DNA from: a virus
Taxonomy: Duplodnaviria; Caudoviricetes
Virus record (IMG/VR): IMGVR_UViG_3300037631_002997
Span: 1 to 26,894 of that record
Strand: one strand, 5' to 3'
Length of the DNA stretch: 26,894 nt
This document shows, in pieces, positions 6,647 to 15,547 of the stretch. The number at the start of each line of letters is the position of its first letter. The stretch's first letter is position 1. The notes beneath the pieces were generated by a model that saw only the letters and a list, made by a program, of their open reading frames with translations, was not told the DNA's origin and did no database searches. The position numbers were made by a program, and so were the translations under genes.

Positions 6647-9501
6647 TGGCAACGGCAGTAAACAAAAGCAGTAAAATAAATTTTTATAAGTTTGTCCAGG
6701 TAAAAGAAGTCTCTTCTTCTGCCTCGGCGGAAAGTGTTGAAGTAGCGTCAGTACTTAATTCTAACACAAAAGCAATTAATAATCTAGGGGGAACCCTTAA
6801 CAGTCTTGGGAAGGTCTTGACAGACCTCAAAAAAGTTGCTATAATTGACCTTGAGAGGGAACAGAAGGAGAACAGATCTAGCTTCAAGTCAAACTTTGCT
6901 GACGAAAAAGGAACAAAGAGGAAAAAGAGTTTCTTTGGTTCTATTATTGCTGGTAAAGCAAAAGGATTTTTTGAAAGTATCTTAGGGATGCTTGGCGGAT
7001 TATTTAAATTTTATGTTGGTACTAAGGCATTAAAATGGTTATCTAATCCTAAGAATAGAGAGACAGTTAAGAATGTTATCGGTGTTATTGCTAAGATTGG
7101 GCAGTTTATATTTGATTGGGCAAAATTTGGTATAACAACTACCATTGATTCTCTATACACATTATTATCAGATGATACTAGTTGGTGGGAAAAAACTTTA
7201 TCGGTAGGTAAGTTATTAGTTGGTGTTGGATCACTCTTACTAGGAGCACGTTATCTTGCTAATCCATTAAAAATTGTTACTGATATTGGTAGAGCAATCT
7301 CTACTTTGATTAGATTTGCTACAGGTAGGGGAGGAAAAGGAGGGGGAAGAAGACGTGGCGGACGACTTGGTGCTGGTTTAAGACTAGCAGCGGGTGCGGG
7401 TTTAGCATATGGTGCTTATCAGGGATATCAATCTTTAAATGAAGATAAACCAGAAGAAAAAGCAAATGGTGGTAAATTAAAAAAAGCACATGCAGGAGGG
7501 TGGATTAATGGTCCCCAGTCTGGATATAAAGTATCATTAGATGGAGGTAGAAGCACTTCATTTATTGGTCATGGTAAGGAATATGTTGCACGTAAAGCTG
7601 ATGGTGGAGCATTTGTAGTTCCTTTCAATACACCAGCAACACAAAGAATGTCTGGTCTCACATCCAAGAGAATTGGTGAGGCAAAAAGAGGTGGATACAA
7701 ACTTCCTGGATTCTCTCAAGGTGGATACTTAGACGCAACGAAGAGACAAGATAATACTCAGGGAGATAATGCCAATAAGAAAATCTTCTTACATTGGAGT
7801 GCTGGACATAGGGATGGTACAAACTTTAATAATGGATATGGATATCACACTTATATTCCTTCTAGTGGAAAACCTGTTCGTAGAGCAAAGTATGGTGCAA
7901 CTGGTGTACCCCACCATACTTACGGAAGAAATAAAAGTCAGTCTGCAGCAATTGGTGTTGCTGGTATGTCAACTGCTAATAATGAAAACGGTTCTAGTTT
8001 TGGTTCTCAAGCAATTACTCCAAACCAGTACAAAGGTATGGCAAAGGAATCTGCTTCCATTGCTTTGAATTGGGGATGGAAACCGTCAGACATCACGGAT
8101 AAGAAAGTAAGAACACACGCTGAAGAATATAGAGATTATCCAAATTGGTATAACCGCAATAACGGCAGTCATTATCGTTGGGATTTATCCAGACTTTATG
8201 CTGGCGAACCCCATCTTTCGGGTGGTCCTAAGATTCGCGCTATGATTAAGCAGCAAATGGGAATCCTTGGTGGTAATAGACCATCTGGATCGAAACCAAA
8301 GAATCATCATGATGATGGGGCAATGGGACCAGGACCTCAAAGAGGGTTCTTTAGTAAATTGCAGGGTGCTGTTGATGCCATGACGGGCGGAAGGACAGAC
8401 TTTGATGGTTTGGGTAGTGGAACACAAGCACCCCCTGCTGCTACGACGCCTAGCGAGTCTTCAGCAAATACTGGCGGTGGTGGTGGCGGTATGGGTAAGG
8501 GTAAAGATTTCTGGACCCTGGCTGCTGTTGCTGGTACTGAAGATAATGATGCTCAAGGTTGGGCAGACGTTGCTCAATCTGTCTACAATAGAAAAGCATC
8601 AGGAGTCAATTTCAATCAAATCAACGGAAGTATTTCGGGATATCTTCTCGGAAGAATGCAATATGAACCCACCTGGAAATATCCTAAAGCAGGTGTTACT
8701 GGAAAACCAAATGCAGAATGGCACGCAATTAAAGACGCTGATTCTGCTGCTAGAGCAATGGGGAAACCAGTCTCTTATGTAAAAAGAGTTGCTAAGGCAT
8801 TGCAGAATAAAGGGTTGCAAAAGAAAGCAGCGTCGTTTGTTGGTGGTAGAACTGACTTTATGGGCGGCAATGAAGTTCCTGACTTCAATAAAGGTGATGT
8901 AAGAAGAAAAGGCAACATGCCAAATAACTTCTTTGGTTGGTTTGTTGGTGGTGGAGCACAACAAAGAAGTAAAAGTAAATCTGCTGCTGGTATTCCTGGT
9001 TTCACTGGATCACAATCTGGAAAAATATCTGAAACTGGTACTGGAACAACTCCAAGTGGTCATGATACTAGAGATGCTGCAGCGACTGGAGGCGCAGCAA
9101 AAAGAAACTTGTTTGATGATTTAACAGGTAGGGGCGCAAATCCTTTTAATAGAGAGTCTGAATCCTATGCTCCATATAGTGGTGTATATGGCACTAGTGG
9201 AGAAACTTATAGAGATTCTTCTGCTTTACAAAAAGCAACTCAAGAGCGAAACGCAGCAAAACAAACTGTATTAAATAGTTCTAGGCAACTAGCATCTTCT
9301 ATAATGGGTGCTGCTACTGGTCAAAATCAAGTTGTAATGCAGCAAGTTCAGCAAGCACAGATGGCAACCCAGTCTAGTATTCAAAAGGCACAGTCAACAA
9401 ATTCTTCCCCTGCTCTTGTAGGTGGAGGTGGTGGTGCAATTCTTAAAACAACTGCAGCAGTACTAAATTCTTTTAACAACCCACTTAAGGGCATTCTCTA
9501 A
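6646..9501 (+). CDS. Tape-measure-like / hub protein 2 with N-acetylmuramoyl-L-alanine amidase-like and SleB/Hydrolase_2-like domains
   Basis: KIFLHWSAG...YHTYI...HTYGRN...IGVAG...THAE...WDL (amidase_2-like) and WTLAAVAGTE...ADVAQSVYNR...QYEP (SleB-like); also a GGWINGPQSGY...GHGKEYV tape-measure-type motif. Confidence 0.7.
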   Translation: MATAVNKSSKINFYKFVQVKEVSSSASAESVEVASVLNSNTKAINNLGGTLNSLGKVLTDLKKVAIIDLEREQKENRSSFKSNFADEKGTKRKKSFFGSIIAGKAKGFFESILGMLGGLFKFYVGTKALKWLSNPKNRETVKNVIGVIAKIGQFIFDWAKFGITTTIDSLYTLLSDDTSWWEKTLSVGKLLVGVGSLLLGARYLANPLKIVTDIGRAISTLIRFATGRGGKGGGRRRGGRLGAGLRLAAGAGLAYGAYQGYQSLNEDKPEEKANGGKLKKAHAGGWINGPQSGYKVSLDGGRSTSFIGHGKEYVARKADGGAFVVPFNTPATQRMSGLTSKRIGEAKRGGYKLPGFSQGGYLDATKRQDNTQGDNANKKIFLHWSAGHRDGTNFNNGYGYHTYIPSSGKPVRRAKYGATGVPHHTYGRNKSQSAAIGVAGMSTANNENGSSFGSQAITPNQYKGMAKESASIALNWGWKPSDITDKKVRTHAEEYRDYPNWYNRNNGSHYRWDLSRLYAGEPHLSGGPKIRAMIKQQMGILGGNRPSGSKPKNHHDDGAMGPGPQRGFFSKLQGAVDAMTGGRTDFDGLGSGTQAPPAATTPSESSANTGGGGGGMGKGKDFWTLAAVAGTEDNDAQGWADVAQSVYNRKASGVNFNQINGSISGYLLGRMQYEPTWKYPKAGVTGKPNAEWHAIKDADSAARAMGKPVSYVKRVAKALQNKGLQKKAASFVGGRTDFMGGNEVPDFNKGDVRRKGNMPNNFFGWFVGGGAQQRSKSKSAAGIPGFTGSQSGKISETGTGTTPSGHDTRDAAATGGAAKRNLFDDLTGRGANPFNRESESYAPYSGVYGTSGETYRDSSALQKATQERNAAKQTVLNSSRQLASSIMGAATGQNQVVMQQVQQAQMATQSSIQKAQSTNSSPALVGGGGGAILKTTAAVLNSFNNPLKGIL

Positions 9502-10880
9502 TGGCATTACCAAGGTCTGAATCTGGATCAGTACAATATAAATTAGTTATCAACAGAGATGGTGCAGATATCACCAATGCTGATGGTGGTAAAGACCTGA
9601 ATGAATTTGTTACTGCTATAGAGATATTTGAAAGTATCACATCTGCAACTCTAGAAGCAAGAGTAGTTATTAATGACTCTGCAGGATTGATTGGTTCCTT
9701 GACAGGTTCTGAAATTTTTAAGTTGCAGATTCAAGGATCAATTTCAAATTTCACATATTATCTTCGCTCATATAACATTGAATCTCGTTCTAGAGTGAGT
9801 CAAAGCACAGATGTCTATATTGTGAGTATGGCATCTGAGGAGTATATTAAAAATGAAATCACTAATGTATTTGGTAATACAACGGTACTTTTTAACAAAG
9901 ACACTAAAGCAGCAAATGTTTTAAAGTTATTACTAAGAAGTGCTAGATTCTTAGGTACAAACAAGAAAATTTTTATTGAAGATACTTTGAATGCACATGA
10001 TTATATAATTCCTAACTGGAGACCATTTGATTGCATTTATTGGATGTGTAATCGTTCTATTCGTGCGGGTAATTCAGCAAACTCATTACAAAGTGGATAT
10101 GTATTCTTTGAGAATGCATTTGGATTTCATTATAAGTCTATTGATAAAATGATTGATGATGTAAACTCTCAATCACCATCAAAGAAAACAAACTATAATT
10201 CTGCAGAACCAAGATTATATCGGTACGAATATATCCCCAAGAGAACCAGTTCTAATCAATCTGCCGACCAATTCAAAATTGATACTGTTGTTTTTCCTGA
10301 AGAGAGAAACTTTTTGATGGGATTGCGACATGGTGCATGGTCAGGATTTAGCATTGGATTAGATCCTGTTACAGTATCTACTTCTAAAATGGGCGCAAGT
10401 ACAGATTTATCAGGAGATGCGTATAGATATTCTATTTTTGAAATGTGGTCAAAGATGTCTCACCTCAAAGGAGGTCAGAATGCAAATCCTCTTGAAGCAA
10501 TGGATACAGGCATTCAAGAAATGATAAAATATCCAAAAAGAGTCCGCTATAGTATCATGCCCAATCAGATATTTGACCAAAAAGATACTGATACTAAAGG
10601 TGCTACCTATGAGCAATTAGTTGAACTTCAAGCATATCAATGGATGAGGATTGAAGCATTAAAAACATTGAAACTTCAAATTAGTATTCCTGGCAATTTA
10701 GACTTATATGCAGGTCATGGTATTGAAATCACATTACCAAGCACTGCCAAATCTGGAAATAAAACAAAGATTGATAAAAAATACAGTGGACGATATATAA
10801 TAGCTGGGTTGACGCATAAAATTCTGGGAAATAACATGACAACAGAACTTATGCTACTAAAGGATTCTATTCGTCAATAA
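9501..10880 (+). CDS. Baseplate hub protein, gp27/Mu gp44-like
   Basis: IEIFESITSATLEARVVINDS, IPNWRPFDCIYWM, YVFFENAFGFHYKSID and IPGNLDLYAG...YSGRYIIAGLTH...TELMLLKDS fit the contractile-tail hub pattern. Confidence 0.72.
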   Translation: MALPRSESGSVQYKLVINRDGADITNADGGKDLNEFVTAIEIFESITSATLEARVVINDSAGLIGSLTGSEIFKLQIQGSISNFTYYLRSYNIESRSRVSQSTDVYIVSMASEEYIKNEITNVFGNTTVLFNKDTKAANVLKLLLRSARFLGTNKKIFIEDTLNAHDYIIPNWRPFDCIYWMCNRSIRAGNSANSLQSGYVFFENAFGFHYKSIDKMIDDVNSQSPSKKTNYNSAEPRLYRYEYIPKRTSSNQSADQFKIDTVVFPEERNFLMGLRHGAWSGFSIGLDPVTVSTSKMGASTDLSGDAYRYSIFEMWSKMSHLKGGQNANPLEAMDTGIQEMIKYPKRVRYSIMPNQIFDQKDTDTKGATYEQLVELQAYQWMRIEALKTLKLQISIPGNLDLYAGHGIEITLPSTAKSGNKTKIDKKYSGRYIIAGLTHKILGNNMTTELMLLKDSIRQ

Positions 10881-10883
10881 ATA
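10877..10883 (+). promoter_or_regulatory. Late-type promoter ATAAATA upstream of cp12
   Basis: The motif contains the hub gene's TAA stop. Confidence 0.55.
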
Positions 10884-10908
10884 AAATTATGAAGATTAAT
10901 AACCAATT

Positions 10909-11136
10909 ATGGAAAGTATCGAAAAGCACATCAAAGTTGACAAGGAAATTCTTGACAACCCACTAACATCACCTAATCAACGTCGTCACATTGAAGGTGA
11001 ATTGCATGAGTTGGAAGACTATGTGCAGCATCACAAGGCAGAGATTGAAGCAGGTGATCATCACGACCCTTCCCCATTAGAACTATTTTGCGATTCCAAT
11101 CCATCCGAACCTGAGTGTAAAGTCTATGAAGATTGA
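10909..11136 (+). CDS. cp12: CP12 Calvin-cycle inhibitor (auxiliary metabolic gene)
   Basis: C-terminal [21 protein letters not shown]12 motif with a C-x8-C-type Cys pair; N-terminus of the picocyanobacterial/phage type. Confidence 0.95.
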   Translation: MESIEKHIKVDKEILDNPLTSPNQRRHIEGELHELEDYVQHHKAEIEAGDHHDPSPLELFCDSNPSEPECKVYED

Positions 11137-11578
11137 TGACTTTATCCTAGGTCATTGGTCTAATAGGCATCAAGCACAAAGTCAACCCACTAAGTATTCT
11201 ACAGTCGAGATACTTTGGGAAAAAATGGGCGATGGATATCACTCCAAAAATTATTATAGATCTGATGGACCAGATAACCCGTATAGGGAAAGATATCATA
11301 AAGCGATTAAAATTTCAGAGACTGAAGTTCACTTTCAAAACTATGATTTGAACTGGACAAGAGCAGGAAAATGTGATATGATATTCACATACGACGGCAA
11401 TGCATGGCACGGTCAACTTGGCGGTAGTGAATGTACTGGTGTTCGGGGTTATAGAGTTGTAGCAGAAATTCATTTGTATGGAGATAAACTTCATAGTATG
11501 GATCAAGGTTACAATTCTGAGGGAGAGATGATGTGGGGTAGTGAATTACTCTACAAATTTACCCGAATGGGCGAATAA
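11126..11578 (+). CDS. cpeT: CpeT/CpcT-type phycobilin lyase (auxiliary metabolic gene)
   Basis: [24 protein letters not shown] and SMDQGY...WGS...YKF are T-type lyase motifs. Confidence 0.9.
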   Translation: MKIDDFILGHWSNRHQAQSQPTKYSTVEILWEKMGDGYHSKNYYRSDGPDNPYRERYHKAIKISETEVHFQNYDLNWTRAGKCDMIFTYDGNAWHGQLGGSECTGVRGYRVVAEIHLYGDKLHSMDQGYNSEGEMMWGSELLYKFTRMGE

Positions 11579-11640
11579 CTCAGCGGTAGAGTGTCTCCTT
11601 TACACGGAGGTTGTCGGGGGTTCGATCCCCTCTTCGCCCA
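11569..11640 (+). tRNA. tRNA-Val(TAC)
   Basis: Acceptor GGGCGAA/TTCGCCC, D-arm ACTC/GAGT, anticodon arm TCTCC-TTTACAC-GGAGG, T-arm GGGGG-TTCGATC-CCCTC; no encoded CCA. Confidence 0.95.
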
Positions 11641-11646
11641 TAAATA
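11640..11646 (+). promoter_or_regulatory. Late promoter ATAAATA for gp5
   Basis: Starts on the tRNA-Val discriminator base and ends 24 nt before the gp5 ATG. Confidence 0.65.
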
Positions 11647-11670
11647 AAAATGTTATAGATTATTGAATCG

Positions 11671-14202
11671 ATGCAAACCATTGACGGTATCATTAATGAA
11701 CCTACAGTAAATTTCGTCGGTAAGGATGGATTTTTCTGGTGGGTTGGTGAAGTAGAAGATGTTGAAGATCCTATGGAGTTGGGTCGAGTAAAGGTTCGAG
11801 TTCTTGGATACTATACAAATGTAAGAGGAGGAACGACAACAGACTTGCCTACAGAAGCATTACCTTGGGCAACAGTGATGCAGCATACTTCACAAGCAGG
11901 TAATGATTCTCAGGGTGAAAGTTCTGGTCAGTTGCAACCTGGTGCAATTGTTATGGGGTTTTTCCTCGATGGCGAAAGCGCACAAATGCCTCTTGTAATG
12001 GGAGTTCTTCGCGTAAATAAAAACGGAGATAGTCAAGATACTAAGGAGTTTGCATTTACAGGAGAAAAAATGCAACCAGGACTTGCTCCTGGAGCAGGTC
12101 AACTTCCTCCTGGTGAAACAAATATTCTAAAGTCTACTCATAGAGCAGGTAATCAGAATAACTCAGTAGCACTTCCTAATTCTAAAACTGTTGCTCCTGG
12201 TGGAATTGGTCAACCAGCAAATATTGGTACTCAACCTGGAATTGCTGGTAGTTCTAGCAATTCACAAAAACCTAGAAATCCTGAAAAACCAATTCCTGCT
12301 GGTAATGGTGTTGGTGGACCTTGGAAAACTTTAGAATATAAGTTAAGTTATCTGGTTGAGGATATTGCTAACACTGCAGGCAGTCTTGTTAAGAATGAGA
12401 GTGGTAATTTTCTAGATGTTGTTAGTGGTAAGTTAGTTACTGCAGAAATGCTTACATCAAAGTTGCAAAACTTTTTAAGTAGTGTATTTACTCAAGTCAT
12501 TTCTGCTATACGACAGCAATTTTCCCAACTTACAGAACAATTATCAATTGCTAGTTTATTGGGTGGTGCTACGGGAGCACCATATATCATCTATACTATT
12601 ATTCAGCAAGCAATTCAACAAATTCTTTCTGCTCTGTGCCTTGAAGATAGTAAGTTGATGGGATATATCTCAGACCCTATTGGTTCTGTTGTTAGTCTTG
12701 TAGAAGGATTTTTGGATGCTGCTATTAGTAAAGCAGAAATGGTATTGCAAGGAGTTCAGGATGTTATCGATTCTGTAATCTGTCAGGTCCAGAGCATTAT
12801 CAACACCATGCAGGATGTTGTATCAACTGTTGTTGACCTTGTACAAGGTTTCGAGCAGGTACAAGCTATCATTGAAACCTGGAAGGAAGGAAGTAAGATT
12901 TTTGAAGAAGGTACAGACTTAATCCAACAAGGAATCAGCAACATCACAGGTTTGATTTCATTCTTCCTAAATTTCTTTTCGTCAGGTTGTAATCGTGAAG
13001 CACATGGCGGAAAGGATACTGTAGGTTGGTTCCCTATGTTTGGTGTCACTCACTGTACTGATGCTGAGTTAGATGAAATTAATAGAATTAGGGGAAGACA
13101 AAGAGGAGATTGTGGAAGTAATGATGCTGGTGCCAGTCTTTGGGATAGTCTTTATAAAGAAGCAGACCCATATTTAACTGCGGCAAAAACTTTTATCAAT
13201 GGTGCATATGAATTGCATGTTGGTACTCCAGGGCGTCAAGCAACTGTTAAAAAATCTGAAAATGGTACTACTCATACGTCAGTAAATTATAATAACTCCT
13301 CTTTCTCTGAGTATCAATTTTTAAGACAACTTAGAAAGAGTAATCCTGATATCACCCAGGAAGAACTAGATAAAAAATATAACAGTTATGTTAAGAAAAA
13401 TGCAGGTAGTAAAGGTGATACTGGTAATTTAGTTGCTGACCACTCTTCTTATGCTGGTAACTATACACAAGAAGTTCATGGTGATGATTGCAAACTTGTT
13501 GATGGTGATTATGTTCGTACTATTGATGGGAGTTATCATCTAAAAATTACTGGGGATTGCCATCTTGAAGTTGGTGGTGGATTCTTTATGTCTGCTGAAG
13601 GAGCACCAACAGTGGCACCTAAAAATGGTGCTTCACAAAATGAAAAAATTCAAAAGCATACTATCAGACTTGGTTCTGACCTTGATTTTAATGTTGCTGG
13701 AGGTAAATTAGGATTACAAGCATCCGAAATTGAACTTGCTTCACAGGCTAATAAAATTGCAGGTTCATCTTTAGAAGTTTCTTGTATGAATCAAAGTTAT
13801 TCTGGCGGTGAGATTATGATTAATGCCAATAACTCCATTGAATTCAATACTGTATCGGAATATCACTTTATTAACTTTCCAACTACAAATCCAATTTCTG
13901 CTAAGTCTGGTATCTTTAACTCTGTTAGAGGTTCTGTAGACTATATTATTACTCCTGGAGGTTCTGCTGCTGATGCAGTTCCTAGATTTAATGTCATTAA
14001 CCCCTCTGGTCCTGTTAATTTTACCTGCGGTGCAACTGGATATAACTGTAGTGTTACCACTGGAGCATTCAACGTTGATGTTGTTGCAGGTCTGTTTAGG
14101 ATCTCTTCAAGTACCGTTGGCACCATTGACGCATTAGGAGCACTCAACCTCAGTTCAGAGGGTATCGTTCGCGTTTCAGGTAAGTCTATCTTCTTGAATT
14201 GA
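11671..14202 (+). CDS. gp5: Baseplate central spike gp5-like (OB-fold plus beta-helix, no evident lysozyme domain)
   Basis: WWVGEVEDVEDPMELGRVKVRVLGY...LPWATV...VMGFFLDGESAQMPLVMG OB-fold; (V/I)xG octapeptide repeats near 13440-13600. Confidence 0.9.
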   Translation: MQTIDGIINEPTVNFVGKDGFFWWVGEVEDVEDPMELGRVKVRVLGYYTNVRGGTTTDLPTEALPWATVMQHTSQAGNDSQGESSGQLQPGAIVMGFFLDGESAQMPLVMGVLRVNKNGDSQDTKEFAFTGEKMQPGLAPGAGQLPPGETNILKSTHRAGNQNNSVALPNSKTVAPGGIGQPANIGTQPGIAGSSSNSQKPRNPEKPIPAGNGVGGPWKTLEYKLSYLVEDIANTAGSLVKNESGNFLDVVSGKLVTAEMLTSKLQNFLSSVFTQVISAIRQQFSQLTEQLSIASLLGGATGAPYIIYTIIQQAIQQILSALCLEDSKLMGYISDPIGSVVSLVEGFLDAAISKAEMVLQGVQDVIDSVICQVQSIINTMQDVVSTVVDLVQGFEQVQAIIETWKEGSKIFEEGTDLIQQGISNITGLISFFLNFFSSGCNREAHGGKDTVGWFPMFGVTHCTDAELDEINRIRGRQRGDCGSNDAGASLWDSLYKEADPYLTAAKTFINGAYELHVGTPGRQATVKKSENGTTHTSVNYNNSSFSEYQFLRQLRKSNPDITQEELDKKYNSYVKKNAGSKGDTGNLVADHSSYAGNYTQEVHGDDCKLVDGDYVRTIDGSYHLKITGDCHLEVGGGFFMSAEGAPTVAPKNGASQNEKIQKHTIRLGSDLDFNVAGGKLGLQASEIELASQANKIAGSSLEVSCMNQSYSGGEIMINANNSIEFNTVSEYHFINFPTTNPISAKSGIFNSVRGSVDYIITPGGSAADAVPRFNVINPSGPVNFTCGATGYNCSVTTGAFNVDVVAGLFRISSSTVGTIDALGALNLSSEGIVRVSGKSIFLN

Positions 14203-14227
14203 CAACCGTTGCTTCCTGTGCTATGAT
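14199..14227 (+). promoter_or_regulatory. Sigma70-type early promoter
   Basis: TTGACA (14199-14204), 17-nt spacer, TATGAT (14222-14227) with an extended TGTGn element; overlaps the gp5 TGA. Confidence 0.85.
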
Positions 14228-14248
14228 ATGGGAGCAACTCAAAGAACT

Positions 14249-14443
14249 ATGACCGACGCCCTCGCACACATCTTTGTAGACTTCTCAAAACGAAAGGTGA
14301 CTCTCGTAGATGATGAAGGTTATGAGAAGGATGTTCGATGGAACTTTAATTCTATAGGTGCTGAAGGTTTCTCTGAAACAATCTCTCAAATACAAGAGAT
14401 TGTTGATAATGATATGATTACCTATTGCTTTGCTGTAAAATGA
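14249..14443 (+). CDS. Hypothetical cyanophage protein
   Basis: Start moved from 14228 to ATG 14249 (MTDALAH...), because 14228 abuts the -10 box and would precede the transcription start. Confidence 0.75.
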   Translation: MTDALAHIFVDFSKRKVTLVDDEGYEKDVRWNFNSIGAEGFSETISQIQEIVDNDMITYCFAVK

Positions 14444-14658
14444 ACGAACCCATCTCTGTAACACTGGAAGAAGCAGAAAAGTACTTTGAGTTTCTGGTTG
14501 ATATGTGTGAGCGCAATCGTTGCGTTTGGCGTATCGAAAGACCTGATGGTGCTGCTGTAATTCTTGCGCCAGTTGTTCAGTCAGGACCTCCCTTATCGGA
14601 GGAAGTAATTGACCAGGTAGAAGAATTTCGCAAACAGTTTTTAGACCAACCTAATTAA
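14440..14658 (+). CDS. Small protein, possibly Phd/YefM antitoxin-like fold
   Basis: ATGA overlap gives a start at 14440. SVTLEEAEKYFEFLVDMCE...WRIERPDGAAVILAP resembles the Phd beta-alpha-alpha-beta-beta pattern. Confidence 0.5.
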   Translation: MNEPISVTLEEAEKYFEFLVDMCERNRCVWRIERPDGAAVILAPVVQSGPPLSEEVIDQVEEFRKQFLDQPN

Positions 14659-14659
14659 A

Positions 14660-15328
14660 ATGAAAAAGATTATTCTAACTTTGATGGCAGCATGTCTTGC
14701 TGCTCCTGTAATGGCAGAACCTATTATGGAGAGTGAATACAGGACTAATCATTCCTTGGGATGTATGTTGTTGGGTGAATGTACTGATGGTGTCAAGAAA
14801 GTATATTCTATGCTTGATATCTCATCAGAATACGATAACATGGAAGAATTCACTGGTGTGACTGGTGAGTTTCATAATATGTTACACTCACTCAATCAGA
14901 TTGGTGTGAATGTATTCCTTGCTGATGAGAAGTATTTCCCCGCAGGACATCGTGGAGTATATCATACTGTCTCTAACAACTTCTTTCTCAATAAGAATTT
15001 TATGGGACAACCTAGTACTCTGATGATGGTTATGCGTCATGAAGGATGGCACGCTGCACAAGATTGTATGGCAGGCACGATTGATAACAGTCTGATTGCT
15101 ATCATCAAACCAGAGGATGAAGTTCCTATGATTTGGCGTGTGTTAGCAGAACGTACATACCCTAAGTCTGCTGTGCCATGGGAAGCAGAAGCAGGTTGGG
15201 CAGGTAGAACTGAGAACATGACAATGAATGCTCTTGCTGCCTGTGCTGGTGGTAGTATGTGGGAAGTCTATCCTCCTACCCCACTAACACGTAAGTATCT
15301 GATAGATTCAGGATACATTAAAAACTAG
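14660..15328 (+). CDS. Zincin-like (HExxH) protein with predicted signal peptide
   Basis: N-terminal MKKIILTLMAACLAAPVMA, RHEGWHAAQDC motif and downstream EAEA. Confidence 0.75.
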   Translation: MKKIILTLMAACLAAPVMAEPIMESEYRTNHSLGCMLLGECTDGVKKVYSMLDISSEYDNMEEFTGVTGEFHNMLHSLNQIGVNVFLADEKYFPAGHRGVYHTVSNNFFLNKNFMGQPSTLMMVMRHEGWHAAQDCMAGTIDNSLIAIIKPEDEVPMIWRVLAERTYPKSAVPWEAEAGWAGRTENMTMNALAACAGGSMWEVYPPTPLTRKYLIDSGYIKN

Positions 15329-15370
15329 GTTCTATAAAGGCAACTATATAGAGAACCCGTGAAATAAAAC

Positions 15371-15547
15371 ATGTATGAAGAACTAAATTGTTTTGAGGAA
15401 GCACTCAAACATTTTGGTACTAGAGTTGAAATTCTCACTGCTATGGAAATGGCAAGAAAAATATCACCTGAAGATGCCTATCAGATGATTAAGGATGAAC
15501 TCAAAGAAGTCAAAAAGTGTCGTAAACTATTCAAGAAGGAGGGATGA
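15371..15547 (+). CDS. Small helical protein of a cyanobacterial/cyanophage family (missing from the ORF track)
   Basis: MYEELNCFEEALKHFGTRVEILTAMEMARKISPEDAYQMIKDELKEVKKCRKLFKKEG*; fills the gap and has an ATGA overlap with the next gene. Confidence 0.8.
   Translation: MYEELNCFEEALKHFGTRVEILTAMEMARKISPEDAYQMIKDELKEVKKCRKLFKKEG

Noticed and set aside
14228-14248. Track start at 14228
   Set aside because: Immediately adjacent to the -10 box, so it would be upstream of the TSS.
14425-14439. Track TTG start for the Phd-like ORF
   Set aside because: The ATGA-coupled start at 14440 is more plausible.
15328-15357. Imperfect inverted repeat GGTTCT...AGAACC
   Set aside because: Weak stem and no U-tract, so it cannot be called a terminator.
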